From contig OX597821.1 of NCBI GenBank assembly GCA_951406725.2, forward strand, positions 85,932,001 through 85,996,000: 64,000 nucleotides of DNA. Reading direction: 5' to 3'. A program made the translations under genes and the position numbers. The notes under the pieces are model-generated. The model searched no databases, was not told where the DNA came from, and worked only from the letters and a program-made list of their open reading frames with translations. This document shows positions 50,599-64,000 of this stretch, piece by piece (the first letter of the stretch is position 1; each line of letters starts with the position of its first letter). Source of the stretch: Octopus vulgaris (taxonomy: Eukaryota).

Positions 50599-51588
50599 AT
50601 GCAAATGAATGAGGAGAACTGGGTACTAGTGGCAGAAGACTAAGGACTACACAGAAAGACTTGTTGAAGTCAGATCTTAAGAAAGCCCTTGTAGGAGAGA
50701 TAGAAAATGACCACGACAACATATTGTACTGCAAATTGAGTTAACCCATGACAGTACAGAAAAAAATTGTTAAAATGATTAATAGTGTGGATAAACCAAA
50801 ATATAAGCATAGCGTTTTATATAATTCCCTTTTGGTGGTATATGATAAATTCGCATAAAACACACTCTCTCTCACACACACATGCATCATCATCATCATC
50901 ATTATTATTTTATATTAATTTTTCTATGCTGGTGTAGGGTTGTCAAAGAGTGAGCCAGTTCTTATTTCAAGTTATGGTCCTCCTAGATGGGTTGAGTACC
51001 AGGTTTTATGTATAAGTTCCATCTTCAGCATGCTTTATACAGCTGATGCCCTTCCTATCACCAACCACTTTATCAAGTGCACTGTGTGAATTTTTCATGG
51101 CACCAGAGGGTGTTGTCAGGTTGTTGGTAAGACTAAAGAATCCTATCTCCTTATGATGTCTTCACTTATCTATTTTACAGAGTGCACAGGGAGCATTTTA
51201 TTGTGGGACCAACATTGTAGGGACTGGCTTACTCCAGTAAAACTGAAAAACTCTCTCTGCCCTATGCCATTTTACAGAGTGTACTAGATGCATTTTAACT
51301 GGTGTTTAGCACTACAGAGCATATCTTGCCCCTTAGTAGAATTTCTACCTACCCCTTTTATGCATTATTTCTAGCAGAGTAAACAACTTCACAGAGGTTC
51401 TAGAGACTGTATTGCCCTATTAGAAGGGCCATTTCTAATTTAATGACATTCTAATAATGACATTTCAATTATAACGTTCTAATATTTTATTCTTGAATTG
51501 TTTGGCTGTCTTTGTCATGTCGACTTGGTAAACAATTCTAGTTTCTGCCAATCCTCTAAGAGAGAGAGAGAGAGAGGGGGAGAGAGAG

Positions 51589-51625
<37 letters not shown>

Positions 51626-52567
51626 ACGCGCGCGAGAGGGTTTATATGCGTGTGTGTGTGTGTGTGTAAAGACTTGTGAATCAGAAAAGAACTAATCAAA
51701 ATGATATTTCACCTGCTGAGAAACTGAAGTGCAATTACCAGTCAATGTCCAAAAGCAGAACTATTAAGAATTTAATCTAGTGAAATCAATATCATGTAAC
51801 GTTAAAGCAAAGCCATGAGAAAAGGACATCTATCAATCTGTGCAAGAAAAAGTGTATGTCTATGTATATATGTGTAACTATTAAACCTACAAGCTGCTGT
51901 GACAGATCTCTTTATAGATGCAGTAATATCATATTTTAAAGACTACTTTCCTTAAAATAAAAATACTTACTTCAAATAAATTAATAATTTGAATACATAA
52001 GTATTTTCCAAATAGCTTTCTAATTTAAATAGAGAATGGAATTTTAAAGCTAGTCTGTCTGAAGGCAAGAAATTGGAGAAGAGTTTAGTTAATTAAATCA
52101 ACCACAGCACCAGACTGGAATTTAGTTTGTTGATTTTAGAAAGATGAAAGGAAACAGTTGCACCGGTTGAGTGTTGAATTTAATGTAAGAGAATGTAACT
52201 CTATACTTTAATTTACAGCTATTCAAATGTATATACATGTTCTTCATTCAACTTCTTCTGAGGTCAAAAACCGCAGCACTTGAGGAAGAGCACAGTCAAC
52301 CTAACTGATTCTAGTACTCGACTGATACTTTTCCATTTTATTGGGCCCGGAAACACGAAATACTAAGTGGGTCCCAGAGTGCAAACTAAGGATGTAAAAA
52401 TGATGCATTTAAATACTCATTTTGTCACTGTAAAAATAAAAAGAATAATGCTTTCCTAAACAGTCACAAATACTGCTGGATAGAGAATGAATGGTTAATC
52501 ATAGTGATCTCAGGACTTGACTGTGTTTATTCTATTTGTCAAACAAGGCCTGATTTGAACTAAGTAT

Positions 52568-52827
52568 ATCATCATCATCATCGTTTAACGTCCGTTTTCC
52601 GTGCTAGCACTGGTTGGACGGTTTGACCGGGGTCTGGGAAGCCAGGGGCTGCACCAGGCTCCAGTCTGATCTGGCAGAGTTTCTACAGCTGGATGCCCTT
52701 CCTAACGCCAACCATTCCGCGAGTGTAGTGGGTGCTTTTTACATGCCACCTGCACAGGTGCCAGGGGGGTCCGGCATCGGCCACGATCGGTTGGAGCTTT
52801 TAACATGCCACCAGCACGGAAGCCAGC
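52568..52827 (-). mobile_element. RTE-tail repeat (family B)
   Basis: (CAT)n and the conserved tail. Confidence 0.85.
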
Positions 52828-53667
52828 CTCTATGTAGCAAAACCTCTATAAACAAGAATTACTTTTACCAGAATTAGAATGCCAATGAAGGGCAATCTCA
52901 TATCAATGTATCGTAGAATAGACATAACAAAACCACCATAAATCAAGAACCCTAAACAAGTTCAACCCAACAAGAACTAGAGTTTCAATGAAGGGCAACT
53001 GAGAACCAAGAGAACACAAGATACAAAGGGCTCACAGTCAACAAATACATCCAAATATCGCAAAGAATTTTGTCTATTCTGCAATCCATTTCCATGGCGG
53101 TGATGATAATAGTTTTTAAGCGAGGCACAAGGCCAGCAATTTTAAAGGGACCAGGGCTGGTCACTTATAACTCCAGGACTTTCTTAAAACTTCGATGTAT
53201 CGACCCTGCGCCTTTTGTTTGTGTGTGTGTGTGTGTGTGTCTATGCATGCGCACATGCATGCATGTGTGCATGTATGTATATGTCTGTGTCATCTTCTCT
53301 CGACATAGCATGATGGTTGTAAATGAGTGTCACTCTCATACAAGCAGTGTCATTCAATTCCCAATATACTTTAAAAAAACATGTCTGGCCATGGGAAAAT
53401 ATTACCTTGCATGGAAACAGGTGAGGTTTGACGACAGGTTCAGCGCCTGGCCATAGAAAAACTCCATCTGTCCTATGCAAGCATGGGAAAGTGAATGATG
53501 AAATGATGATGATGACTATGATGATGCTTTTTTACTATCACTCATGCAACTCTACACCAGCACAGTTTGCACTTATAATTTAATATATATATATGCATAC
53601 TGGCTCTCAAACATACATACTCATATGCATACATGTCTACACTTACAAGTATATACATACATTATAT

Positions 53668-54058
53668 ACTTTTACTCTTTTACTCGTTTCAGTCATTTGA
53701 CTGCGGCCATGCTGGAGCACCGCCTTTAGTCGAGCAAATCGACCCCGAGACTTATTCTTTGTAAGCCCAGTACTTATTCTATCGGTCTCTTTTGCCGAAC
53801 CGCTAAGTGACGGGGATGTAAACACACCAGCATCGGTTGTTAAGCAATGCTAGGGGGACAAACACAGACACACAAACACACATATATATATATACATATA
53901 TACGACAGGCTTCTTTCAGTTTCCGTCTACCAAATCCACTCACAAGGCATTGGTCGGCCCGGAGCTATAGCAGAAGACACTTGCGCAAGATGCCACGCAG
54001 TGGGACTGAACCCGGAACCATATGGTTGGTTAGCAAGCTACTTACCACATAGCCACTC

Positions 54059-54061
<3 letters not shown>
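53668..54061 (-). mobile_element. Family A SINE
   Basis: Full-length match to the family. Confidence 0.88.
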
Positions 54062-54101
<40 letters not shown>

Positions 54102-54412
54102 TATATATAATCCATATTTTAGCTTCTTGCTATTCAATCATGTAACCGCCTCTCTCTCAATGTTACTGTAAATAATAAAGCCACATACTGATTGCTACTA
54201 CCCCTTCACACTCTAAATTACTTTCTGCAAATGATTAAGCACAGGACTGTCAATTTCACAAGTTCTAATCAATTACTAACAAAACAAGTCACACACACCA
54301 GCAGAGTCCTAGAAAACTATAATAGATGTGTAAATCTTTCTTTCTTGTGTTAGAAACTACTAATAAAATCTAACAAGAGAAAATGATTACAAAAAAAATT
54401 TTAAAAAGCAAC

Positions 54413-54446
<34 letters not shown>

Positions 54447-55709
54447 TTTTTTTTTTTGTAATGAAACACTCTCATGAGCCTTCCATCTTTATCATATTAG
54501 CTTTTTTTACAGAAATAAGTATTGATTTAAATCGAGATATGTCATCAGGTTTAAGAAGGTAGAGAATCAGGCAAGCTCTGACATCAACATCATTCTACAG
54601 GTGTATTAGCACAATCTGAGTATCAATATCAGGTGTTGGACTCAAGCTAACTTATCTTATATTAGAATAATCACACACGCACAAGCATTTTACAACTGAG
54701 CGTATTAGACATGGCAGATTGCTGGTTTTTGAAACAAAATAATAAATTTTAATCCAGCAAAAATGAGATTAAAAGAACACAAAGACACAAACAACAATGT
54801 ATAACATACACACACACACACATACAAAAAAGATACTTATAAATAAAATCTTTTAAATTTGCTATCCTGTTCATGGTGATTGTAAATCTCTTAAAGTACT
54901 TATACATCAATATTCATCAAACATCAGATCTATCCTGCTAGGAATCATTAATTTTTTTTCCTTTGATTCAATAGTTATTTGACACTTGACTGCCATACTA
55001 GCTAGCTAATGGTAATCAGATGGTATGTGCTATGCAATTACTTCTAAACAAAAGGTCAACAAAGCCAAGGTGGTATTAAGAACTGTCAGAAAATGTTAAC
55101 ATATATGCCACATCCCGCCCCATACACATGTCTTCATTAAATATTTATTCAGAAAAACGTTTGTTTCCTTGCACCAAAGGTCTTTCATACAGGTCCATTT
55201 TAACCAATTTAGTCTCCAAGAAAACACTTGGATCTATTTCAGAAATAATAATTCTTTCTATTATAGCACAAGGCCTGAAATTTTGGTGGAGGGAGTTACT
55301 CAATTACGCCAATCCCAGTGATCAACTGGTACTTATTTTATTGACTCTGAAAGAACAAATGGCAAAGTTCACCTTAACAGCATTTGAATTTAGAGTGTAA
55401 AGAGTTGGAAGAAATGCTAGTAAGAGTTTTATTCAGTGTGGTTATGATTTTGCCAGCTCGCCACATTATTATTATTATTATTATTATTATTAAGGCAGTG
55501 ACTGGCAGAATCGTTAGCATGTTGAACGAAATGCTTAGCAGTATTTTGCCCGCCACTACATTCTGAGTTCAAATTTCGCCAAGGCCGACTTTACCTTTCA
55601 TCCTTTAGGGGTCGATAAAATAAGTACCAGTTGAACACTAGGGTCAATGTAATTGACTCATCTCCTCCCCCAAAGTTGCTGCCCTCATGGCAAAATTTGA
55701 AATCGCTGC

Positions 55710-56755
55710 ATCTCCAGCTTTTCCTTGATGGTGAGCACTTTTCCAGAGCTTGTCTCTTTCACTGAGCTGCAATCCTGGATTAAGCATAGACCAAGGAGGG
55801 GTGCTTGACACTTTGAGTGCCATCAAGCACTCACAGCCCTCCACCAGGTGGGCAATGCAGTCGCTGGTAGTTCCACTCTAGTGTTCTATAGAGAGCTAGT
55901 GAAGGGAAAGTGCGACAACGTTCTCAGAAAAACTCTGGGCGTCGATGAAGATCAACTAATCGGTCTGTTTCAGAGAACTTGCAGGCCTGGACCTATGGAT
56001 AACTTCCAGAAATCCCTTGCCTAGCAGTGCTACCAAGGGGCACTACCTGTTCAGGATAAACTTAACAGGCACTGAAGTGCTGTCAGCCAGGCCTGCCTCA
56101 GGTGTGCCCAGAACAATGAAACTGTTCTGCACACCCTAGTCCAGTACCTGAGTATTGTCAACCTGTGGGTTTATGTTGAACACCTACTGTTGTGTGTAGG
56201 ATGGATCCAGCTATCAGCTGAATCCATTGTGAAGATTGCCCCACTGCCCTCTTTTGGCCAGGAGGAGCAGGCAATTTTTAATTGTCTGGTGGTTGTAGTG
56301 AAAGAGGTCGTATGGTGGACCCGTTTGAGAGGGCTAAAGACAGACACTTTCCTCTTTGGCAAAGCCCCCATCAACTTTTACAAGTTTCACTTGAAAAGGA
56401 AGTTGAGGGTGAAGAGAGTATTGTTGCCTTGTAGCAAGTTTGTTGAAAGGTGGGTGAATGTTAAAAGAATGGCCAGTGTGAAAGGACTACTTCTGAGTGT
56501 GCACCTGTAAAAAAAAAAAGAAGGGCTCTTGCCTTGTTGTTCAGGCACTCGTGGTTTTTGTGGGTTTTTCCACAAAGTGCCTCTCCTATTGGGAATTTTA
56601 ATTTGCTCAATTTTCTGTTATTACATTACGTACGCACAGAAAACCCATTGTATCATCCTGTTTTTGTCTTATATGTTGTTGTATGTCAATAAATGTTTTG
56701 TATGTGAGCCCTTGCGGCCAATAAAAGAATTATTATTATTATTATTATTATTATT
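55710..56755 (+). mobile_element. L1/Tx1-like LINE 3' remnant
   Basis: DNFQKSLA*QCYQGALPVQDKL...ACLRCAQNNETVLHTLVQ is a zf-RVT-like CCHC region; 3' end has aataaa and (TTA)n. Confidence 0.7.
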
Positions 56756-58316
56756 CATAATGATTTATTTCATTTGCTACCATTAACTCTTACCAATTCC
56801 CTATATAAAAAAAAGCTGTTATGTAATACTGTTATGTAATTAAATAAATGTCGACAAAATAAAATAGAAAGATTGTCCAAAAGTAATATCTTATTCATTC
56901 CATCCTAAAAGTAATAATTAACTCAATAAACACTGGGAAGCAGAGTCTATCAGTCTGGTGTTCTTCTCCTTTGTAGACATTTCACTTAACCTATAACTGC
57001 ATTTCGTTTCTTCTGATATCAATTTTTTTCATTAAACTGCACTTAATGTACTCCCTGCTTTTATATCCATCTCCTCCATAGCTGAGTAGAGGGGATGGTT
57101 AAAAAATTAATAAGCTAAAGAAAGGAGTGGAACTTTCTGTGTGTGTGTGTATGTGAGAGAGGGAGAGAGAGAGAGGAAAACAAATCTAGAACAAGCATAG
57201 TTAGGTGTCTTGTTCACAGGCAGAATTCAACAACAGTAATAAGATCTGAATTCTGAAGCAGCCAATGACTCTGTATTTCAATATTTTCACCTCACAGCCA
57301 TTGCACATTTCTCTTTATTATTATTATTATTATTATTATTACTACTGTTATTACTATTATTAAGGTGGTGAGCTGGCAGAATTATTAGCATGCTGGGAAA
57401 AAATGCTCAGCGGTATTTCATCTGCTGCTATGTTCAGAATTCAAATTCCGCCGAGGTCAATTTTGCATTTGATCTTTTCAGGGTTTTGACTAGTCTATTC
57501 CTCAAAATTTGAGGTCATGTGCCTTTAATAGAAAGGATTATTATTATTATTATTATTTTGTTAAATCTGAGGTGTTTATCTTTGTAAAAAAATCATCTTT
57601 CTGGAACCAAATATTCCACCATAGGAGTCAATAACTTCCTCTATTGTAAGGAGACTGCAAATGCTACACTGAAACGCATACAGTGACATCAAATGCTGAA
57701 TTTATGAACAAAGATGTATTTACAGCAAGGAATCTTTCTTTGATGACAAGAATAACCCAAACTGATTTCAAATTCAATGAAGGCCTTCAAATATTTTTTC
57801 TAGATAGTTCTTATAGCAATATTGCAGTATCAGTTATCTAACAATTTCAAGCAATAATCTCATCACCAAGTAGAAGCCTCATCAAAAGCAAGCAAAAGTT
57901 GAGCCAGTGGAGGACTATCTATGTAGTTAGTCCATCTAATAGAAATAGCAATTACATATAAAAAGCACCCATGCTGGTGTCATGTAAAAAGTATTTGCAC
58001 TGATGCCACGTAAAATGCACTTAATACATTAGGAAGGGTGTCCAGCCATAGAAACCATGCCAAAACAGACAAATGGAGACTAGAGCAGCTCCCTTGTTTG
58101 CTAGCTTCTGTCAAACTGTCCCACCTATGTCAGACGGAAAATGGGCATTAAATGATGATGATCAGTTCCCTTCAATCACAACCTGCCATCTTAAAAGAAG
58201 GACACTTTATACAGAGTAGTTTTAAATACATTATGGACCTTACTACTCAATATCAACAATAGGAGATTCTCTCCTTTTAGCTATTGATTGCCAGTGACCC
58301 TGTAATCCTGTGGGTT

Positions 58317-58640
58317 TCAATAGGCCAGCAGGAATTTCCCAAAATGCAAGCATGGTCCAAAGACCTCCGTTCCAGGGTTAAGTAAGTTCCCTGGGTCGAG
58401 GGAGTCCTTTAGAATCCTCGCCTGTTCCACTAAGCATAGTTTACAGTGCTTGGTCTTGTTTATGTAGGGGCCTGGATTTTCTAGGATTCTCCATGATATT
58501 GTGTATGGAATGCCATCATCCTTCAGTTGCCATACATGGCTGGCTAATGAAGGGGGAATATGTTCCTGGAGCAGCTGGTGTATCTCTGTGGTCAAGTCTT
58601 GGCAGTGCAGTGTCTTGGTGTTGCTGGTACTGGTGCTGTT
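58317..58640 (-). mobile_element. Penelope-like element, GIY-YIG endonuclease C-terminus
   Basis: SLASHVWQLKDDGIPYTISWRIL...TKHCKLCLVEQARIL...LLNPGTEVFGPCLH matches the PLE pattern LSxYIWxLK..I.WxI...CxLCLxEK..I...LLN.RxE...C.H. Confidence 0.85.
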
Positions 58641-59152
58641 GGTGGGCCCACTGCAAAACCAAGGGAGCTGTCTATGAAGCTAAGGTACTGGCTGACCCTA
58701 ATAGCAGCAGCAACATCAGCAGCTCCCCAAACGGCTACTACAGTAGCAGGGATAATAGTAGGAATAGTAGCAGCAGCAAAGACATGAACAGAATCAGTGG
58801 CAGCACCATCGTCAGCGATAACAACAGCAAAGGTAGCAATGGCAGTATCCCTAACGGAAACAGCAGCAGAACCATTGCCAATCATATCTATAACAGCAGT
58901 GACAGCACTTCCATCAATGATGATGATCATAACAACAACAGCACCATTACCAACACCGGCAGTGATGACACCAATAGCGCCAGTACTAACAACATTAGCA
59001 GCAGCAGCAATGCTAACATCAACAGACAGAGCACCACCAACACCCAACCACATACATCAGCTGCTCCAGGAAAATATTCTAACAATGCCTCTCCAACCAC
59101 ATATCCTCCTTCAGGATACTAGAAAGGAGATACATTACGTCATTAGCCAGCC
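58641..59152 (+). mobile_element. Penelope-like GIY-YIG N-terminal part in inverted orientation, with a Ser/Asn-rich insert
   Basis: HCKTKGAVYEAKV, then low-complexity sequence, then (frameshifted) TYISCSRKIF*QCLSNHISSFRILERRYITSLAS. Confidence 0.75.
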
Positions 59153-60559
59153 TTTCACACAGTTTCCATTTACCAAATTTACGCACAAGATGTTGCTCAG
59201 CACAAGAGTATAAGTAAAAGACATGTGTCTGAGGTGCCATGCAGTGGGATTGAACCTGAAACCACAGGGCTGCAAAGCAAGCTACCTAACGCCACAATTG
59301 AGTGGAAAATGAAATGTATAGTCTACCTCTCAGCCACACTCTTTGGATTAATTAAATCAACTAAAACTCTGCTCAACAGTTTCAAGGTCTTATGTCAACG
59401 AGAAATTATATATAGGTGTTGGAATAGGGTTAAATACTAAATGGAAGGTGTAAAAGAATTTAGTTTTGTTGTTCTACATTCTGAGTTCAAACTCCACTGG
59501 GATTCACTATGCATTTTACCCTTCGAGGATCAATAGAAAGAGAGTGCCATTACTTTGAATGGAGATTGATTTCATTGACTACCCTCTCAATTAACAAATC
59601 TGCAACTTTGCCAATGTTAGAAGTCATTATGATATTAATTACTATAATTATCCTTAAAATAATAAAGTTTTAAAAAGGTCAGTAACTCAAGTTAAGTGTT
59701 TTGGTCAGAGAAACAACACAGCTGTACAGGAAAAATAAACTCGAGAGACCTGAAATTAATCCCTTCACTTCTGATAATAGCAACAACATTTCAATATATC
59801 TAGTTTGACTACCTCTAGACTTCAGACCATACTCAAACAAACATCTACAATACATCTGACCACCTTACCTTCAAACTACTATATTATACAAACATATATA
59901 ATGACTGATATCAATCATTAATATTTAACATCTGTTTTACTCAAACTGCCAAGTAGAAACTTACTTCTTGCCTTTCTAGCCTGGCATAATTTCAACTTGG
60001 TATTTTATGAGGGCCTTTCCTTGTTTTTTATCTACGTAGTCATAACAATAGTCCAGAAAAATCTATTTCTATTGTCTGCTTTCCACTATGTTTTCATTGG
60101 CAGGTTTAAACTGACATCAATACCGTACTTGAGTTATTTACAAGATGAAGTTTGTTTTTATCTATAAATAGAACCCAAACAGATTAATAATATTAATCTG
60201 TTTATGTTATGATACTATAACTAATACTACTACTATCACTACGACAACTAATAACAATAATGGATAAGATCCAGCATCTTAAACTTAAATGGTAATAACA
60301 CATGTGTAAACAACATTTTACAATTTTGTAAAGAATTTATACAGTTAACAAGAATAATGTTCTATGTAGTCCAAGTTAGAATAACTGCAGAGACTTTCTA
60401 GTTCTTGCAAGCCAACAACGAGTGCACCGGTTCAACCCTAGCCTACAGGTAGGTGAATCAGAAGTAGTCTTTTCAGAAAAAAAAGAAAGAGTATGATGGA
60501 AATGAGAATCTTTATTTTAAAACAAACTGAAGCCATTAAATTAACTAAAATTCAAATTC

Positions 60560-60830
60560 TTTATAGAAATTCCAAAAAGAAATGGAGTAAAAAAGCCATA
60601 CTGGATCAATGAAAAGAAAGACATTGGAAATATCAGTACGGAAGGGAAAGAGACGAGGGAGATAAAAGCGAGAAAGTAGCAGGGAGTCGTTAAGTTGAAA
60701 ATGGATTTTATTAACAATAGCAGGCATTTTCTAGGCATGACAAATAAATAAAAGACAGAAAACCGTTCAGCAGTGGTGGAGATTAGAAACCATAAATGAT
60801 GCACACAGAGTTATTAAACGGCAGTTTTTC
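60560..60830 (+). mobile_element. Possible very old RTE ORF remnant
   Basis: IPKRNGVKKPYWINE..TLEIS..KRR resembles the KKxWLSEE.L.IA..RR linker of RTE ORFs; weak. Confidence 0.35.
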
Positions 60831-61477
60831 ACTTCTGAAATAATGTACTGAATGAGACGAGCCAGGTAGAAAGACTGCAGACACAACAGTGCCACTTTAG
60901 AGACACCAGATAAAGATATCATACAATTAAAATGATACTACTGAGAGACACATGTTCATATTTTTTAACTTACACAATAATAAATTTAATGGAGATTAAA
61001 AAGCTTTGAGACGATGGAAAAATAATCTAAATCATGATCTCTATTTCATTATTCAGTCACCAACTGATTAAATGTTTCTGATATTTCGGTATAAATTTAA
61101 TGAAGTTCAAATAAGAAAAAGCAATCTAATTCAATGGTCTGTAAGGCTGAAGGAATCTAATACTTTAAGGCCACACCCTCATAGTTTGTGTTCTGGTTAG
61201 CACAACAATGACCAAATAAATATCCTTCTAAACAATTAAAGAGTAAGCTAAGATTATTCAGTGAACATATTTGTATTTTTAAATCTAAATATAGATTACA
61301 AAAGATACAAAGTGGAAAATATAGCACATTTAGTGTCTCACACAACCAGCATTGTTGCTTACTTCATCTCAAATGTCAACATCTTTGGGCTAATGAGAGG
61401 TCCTCTATGTTGCGGTACGGCATATTGTAAATAGCACCCAAATTTCTCTCAAATTACATGCTACTACAGTGTAGTAC

Positions 61478-61805
61478 TTTGTGCAAGTGTCTTCTACTAC
61501 AGCCCCAGGCCAACCACTGCCACATGAGTGAATTTGGTAGATGGAAACTGTGCAGAAGCACTTCGTGTGTGTGTATGTATTTGTATGTGTGAGTGAGAGT
61601 CTTTGTGTTTATGTGTGTCCCACAACTTTGCAACCGGTGTTGGCTTGTTTACTAATTCCCTGTAACTTAGTGGTTCAGCAAAAGATACCAATAGAATAAG
61701 TACCAGACTTTTAAAAAATCGTATGAGGTTGATTTGTACAATTAAGCCCTTCAAGACAATGCTCCAGCATGGCTGCTGTCCTATGACTGAAACAAGAACA
61801 AGATG
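61478..61805 (+). mobile_element. Diverged family A SINE inserted in a family D repeat
   Basis: Family motifs; family D sequence on both sides. Confidence 0.65.
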
Positions 61806-62337
61806 AAGATACTATCTTAAAAAGGATACAGCAGATAATGTAGTATAGGGGATATAATGTCCGAAAACAAATGGGATGGCCGCAGCTGAATTACCTTTGA
61901 TTACAGGTGTTGTTAATGAGAGCCGAGTTAGGGCTGCCATCACATAATATATTCCTAAATAACTTTGCTTAAAAACCAAACTGCAGTAGTTAAGATTGGA
62001 ACCCCTTTGATCATGAGTCTCACTCAAGATAAAACAACAAATAAATTTTTGCTGCATCTGCAACTGTTTACATCTCAGTGAAAACTTTTGTTTCAGTTTG
62101 TTTATGTTAACCTTTTAGCATACAAATAACTCTGCTTACTTATTCACATTGCTTTGAATTAATCTCGCATTATCTTGTAGCTTTGAGATTTCAATGATAT
62201 TATTGTTCACTTTTTGAATAACATGGTTTTCATGTCTGGCTTAGAAATCAGATATGAAACAAACAACATCACTTATAAGATGCTGGTGCTTGTTTGCAAT
62301 CATTACATGGCATCAACACAAGAGTACACACAATTTA

Positions 62338-62613
62338 TCATCATCATCATCATCATCGTCATTTAGCGTCCGCTTTCCATGCTAGCATGGGTTGGACGGT
62401 TCAACTGGGGTCTGGGAAGCCAGAAGGCTGCACCAGGCCCAGTTTGATCTGGCAATGTTTCTACAGCTGGATGCCCTTCTTAACGCCAACCACTCCATGA
62501 GTATAGTGGGTGCTTTTTACGTGCCACCGGCACAGGTGCCAGACGAGTCTGGCAAACGGCCATGATCGGATGGTGCTTTTTATGTGCCACCAGCACGGGG
62601 GCCAGGCGAGGCT
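62338..62613 (-). mobile_element. RTE-tail repeat (family B)
   Basis: (CAT)n and the conserved tail. Confidence 0.85.
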
Positions 62614-63504
62614 GACACATACCCTGTGTAGCTAAATGGAAATAAATCACATCTATGTATTACTGTCAACTCTTTCACACATCTGTGGAATCTTTATTAA
62701 CAGTTCACTAATAAACTGGTAAAAAAAACAAATCATCCTTTTAATGAAATGGTCTGAATTCAGGCAAAGCAGTAATGAAAATTGACAACAGATTAAATAC
62801 TGAAGTGTAATGGAGAGAAGTTTTTAGGTGGAAATTCCATACAATACTCAGATCAGAAAATAAAACCTACTCTGAGGTTTCTTACTGTGTCTTTGTATGT
62901 GTTTGTTATTCTGTTTCAGTTAACAATGCCTATTCATATTTCAATAGATGTAAATGGATAAATGAGTAAGTGGTCCATAGAGTTCCTCTAAATAATATCA
63001 CTGCCTGTTTTGATCCCAGTTTTCAAAACACTACCACCATCATTCTCCTTTATGCATCTCCTTTCACGAGTATTTCTTTTATCTGTTGTCTTCCTCTATT
63101 TCCCTATTGCCCTGAGACAAGAAAGAAAGGTTAAAGAAACACGGAAGAGGTAAAAAAAAAAAGTTTGATATCATAAAAATGTGATGTTGCTATAATCACC
63201 ATCACTTCCCTCCTTCTCTGGCTATGTAACTATCCTCATGTGTGTCTTTTATTCTCTACCTCTTTCTATTCTACAAAGAGATAGAGAAAGATTGACACCA
63301 CTACTCTATTTCAACTTCTCTTCTTTCTACAACTTTCCTGGCAGACAGTACAGTGTGGTTTGAGGAAAATTTCATTGCTATTTCTCAAAATAATGTGCAA
63401 GTAAGCTTCCTTTCAAAAGGACACCCACAAAACCATATAGATCTGGTTTTCTGGGTGCTCTTTTGATAGTTTCTGATTACAAGGTGGATATACATATAGA
63501 CAAT

Positions 63505-63578
63505 TCACATACACACACACACATATATATATATATATACACATACATATACATACATTATATATATATGTATGTATG

Positions 63579-63623
<45 letters not shown>

Positions 63624-63666
63624 GTATGTGTGTATATATATATATACACATACATACATTATACAC

Positions 63667-63699
<33 letters not shown>

Positions 63700-63711
63700 A
63701 TATACATACAT

Positions 63712-63742
<31 letters not shown>

Positions 63743-63778
63743 GTATGTGTGTATATATATATATACACATACATACAT

Positions 63779-63813
<35 letters not shown>

Positions 63814-63815
63814 AT

Positions 63816-63892
<77 letters not shown>

Positions 63893-63948
63893 TATTATAT
63901 ACGTATATCATAGACATAAATATATACATATATACATACGTATATATA
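63505..63948. repeat. Compound (TA)/(CA)/(TG) microsatellite
   Basis: Direct reading. Confidence 0.95.
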
Positions 63949-64000
63949 CTGAGAGAAGGCTAAATAAATAGGTGCATGAGTATATGTGTGTATGTATGTA

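Noticed and set aside
58493-59213. Ser/Asn- or Thr/Ala-rich mucin-like ORFs as a host gene
   Set aside because: Bounded by Penelope GIY-YIG motifs; open in several frames only because of trinucleotide composition.
61895-61940. Candidate first exon MAALTRLSLTTPVIK|GTAATT on the minus strand
   Set aside because: It lies in a degenerate family D repeat, ends in phase 1 rather than the phase 2 needed, and lacks the MKKRKEL N-terminal motif of EFCAB14.

Overview
AT-rich, repeat-dense animal genomic DNA, most likely octopus (inferred from the SINE, RTE and microsatellite repertoire, not from a database search). The only host gene I can support is on the minus strand. Three GT-AG exons (33966-34114, 7218-7363, 339-437) splice in frame into a transmembrane helix plus coiled-coil protein matching EFCAB14/KIAA0494; its first exon was not found and probably lies beyond 64000. 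The rest is intronic: tRNA-derived SINEs, RTE LINEs and their (GAT)n-tailed 3' fragments, Tx1/L1-like and Penelope-like (GIY-YIG) remnants, mariner and Tigger fossils, TTAA (piggyBac-type) and hAT MITEs, two Helitrons and long purine-pyrimidine microsatellites. Almost all ORF-track entries are artefacts of these repeats. The most interesting signal is invisible to the ORF track: eight minimal type I hammerhead ribozyme motifs with palindromic or near-palindromic helix III and varied cores. Several sit at the tip of long fold-backs, and two are enclosed by terminal inverted repeats (36820-37156, 47886-48190). These look like small, probably Penelope-mobilised ribozyme elements. All folds were paired by eye and no activity is demonstrated.
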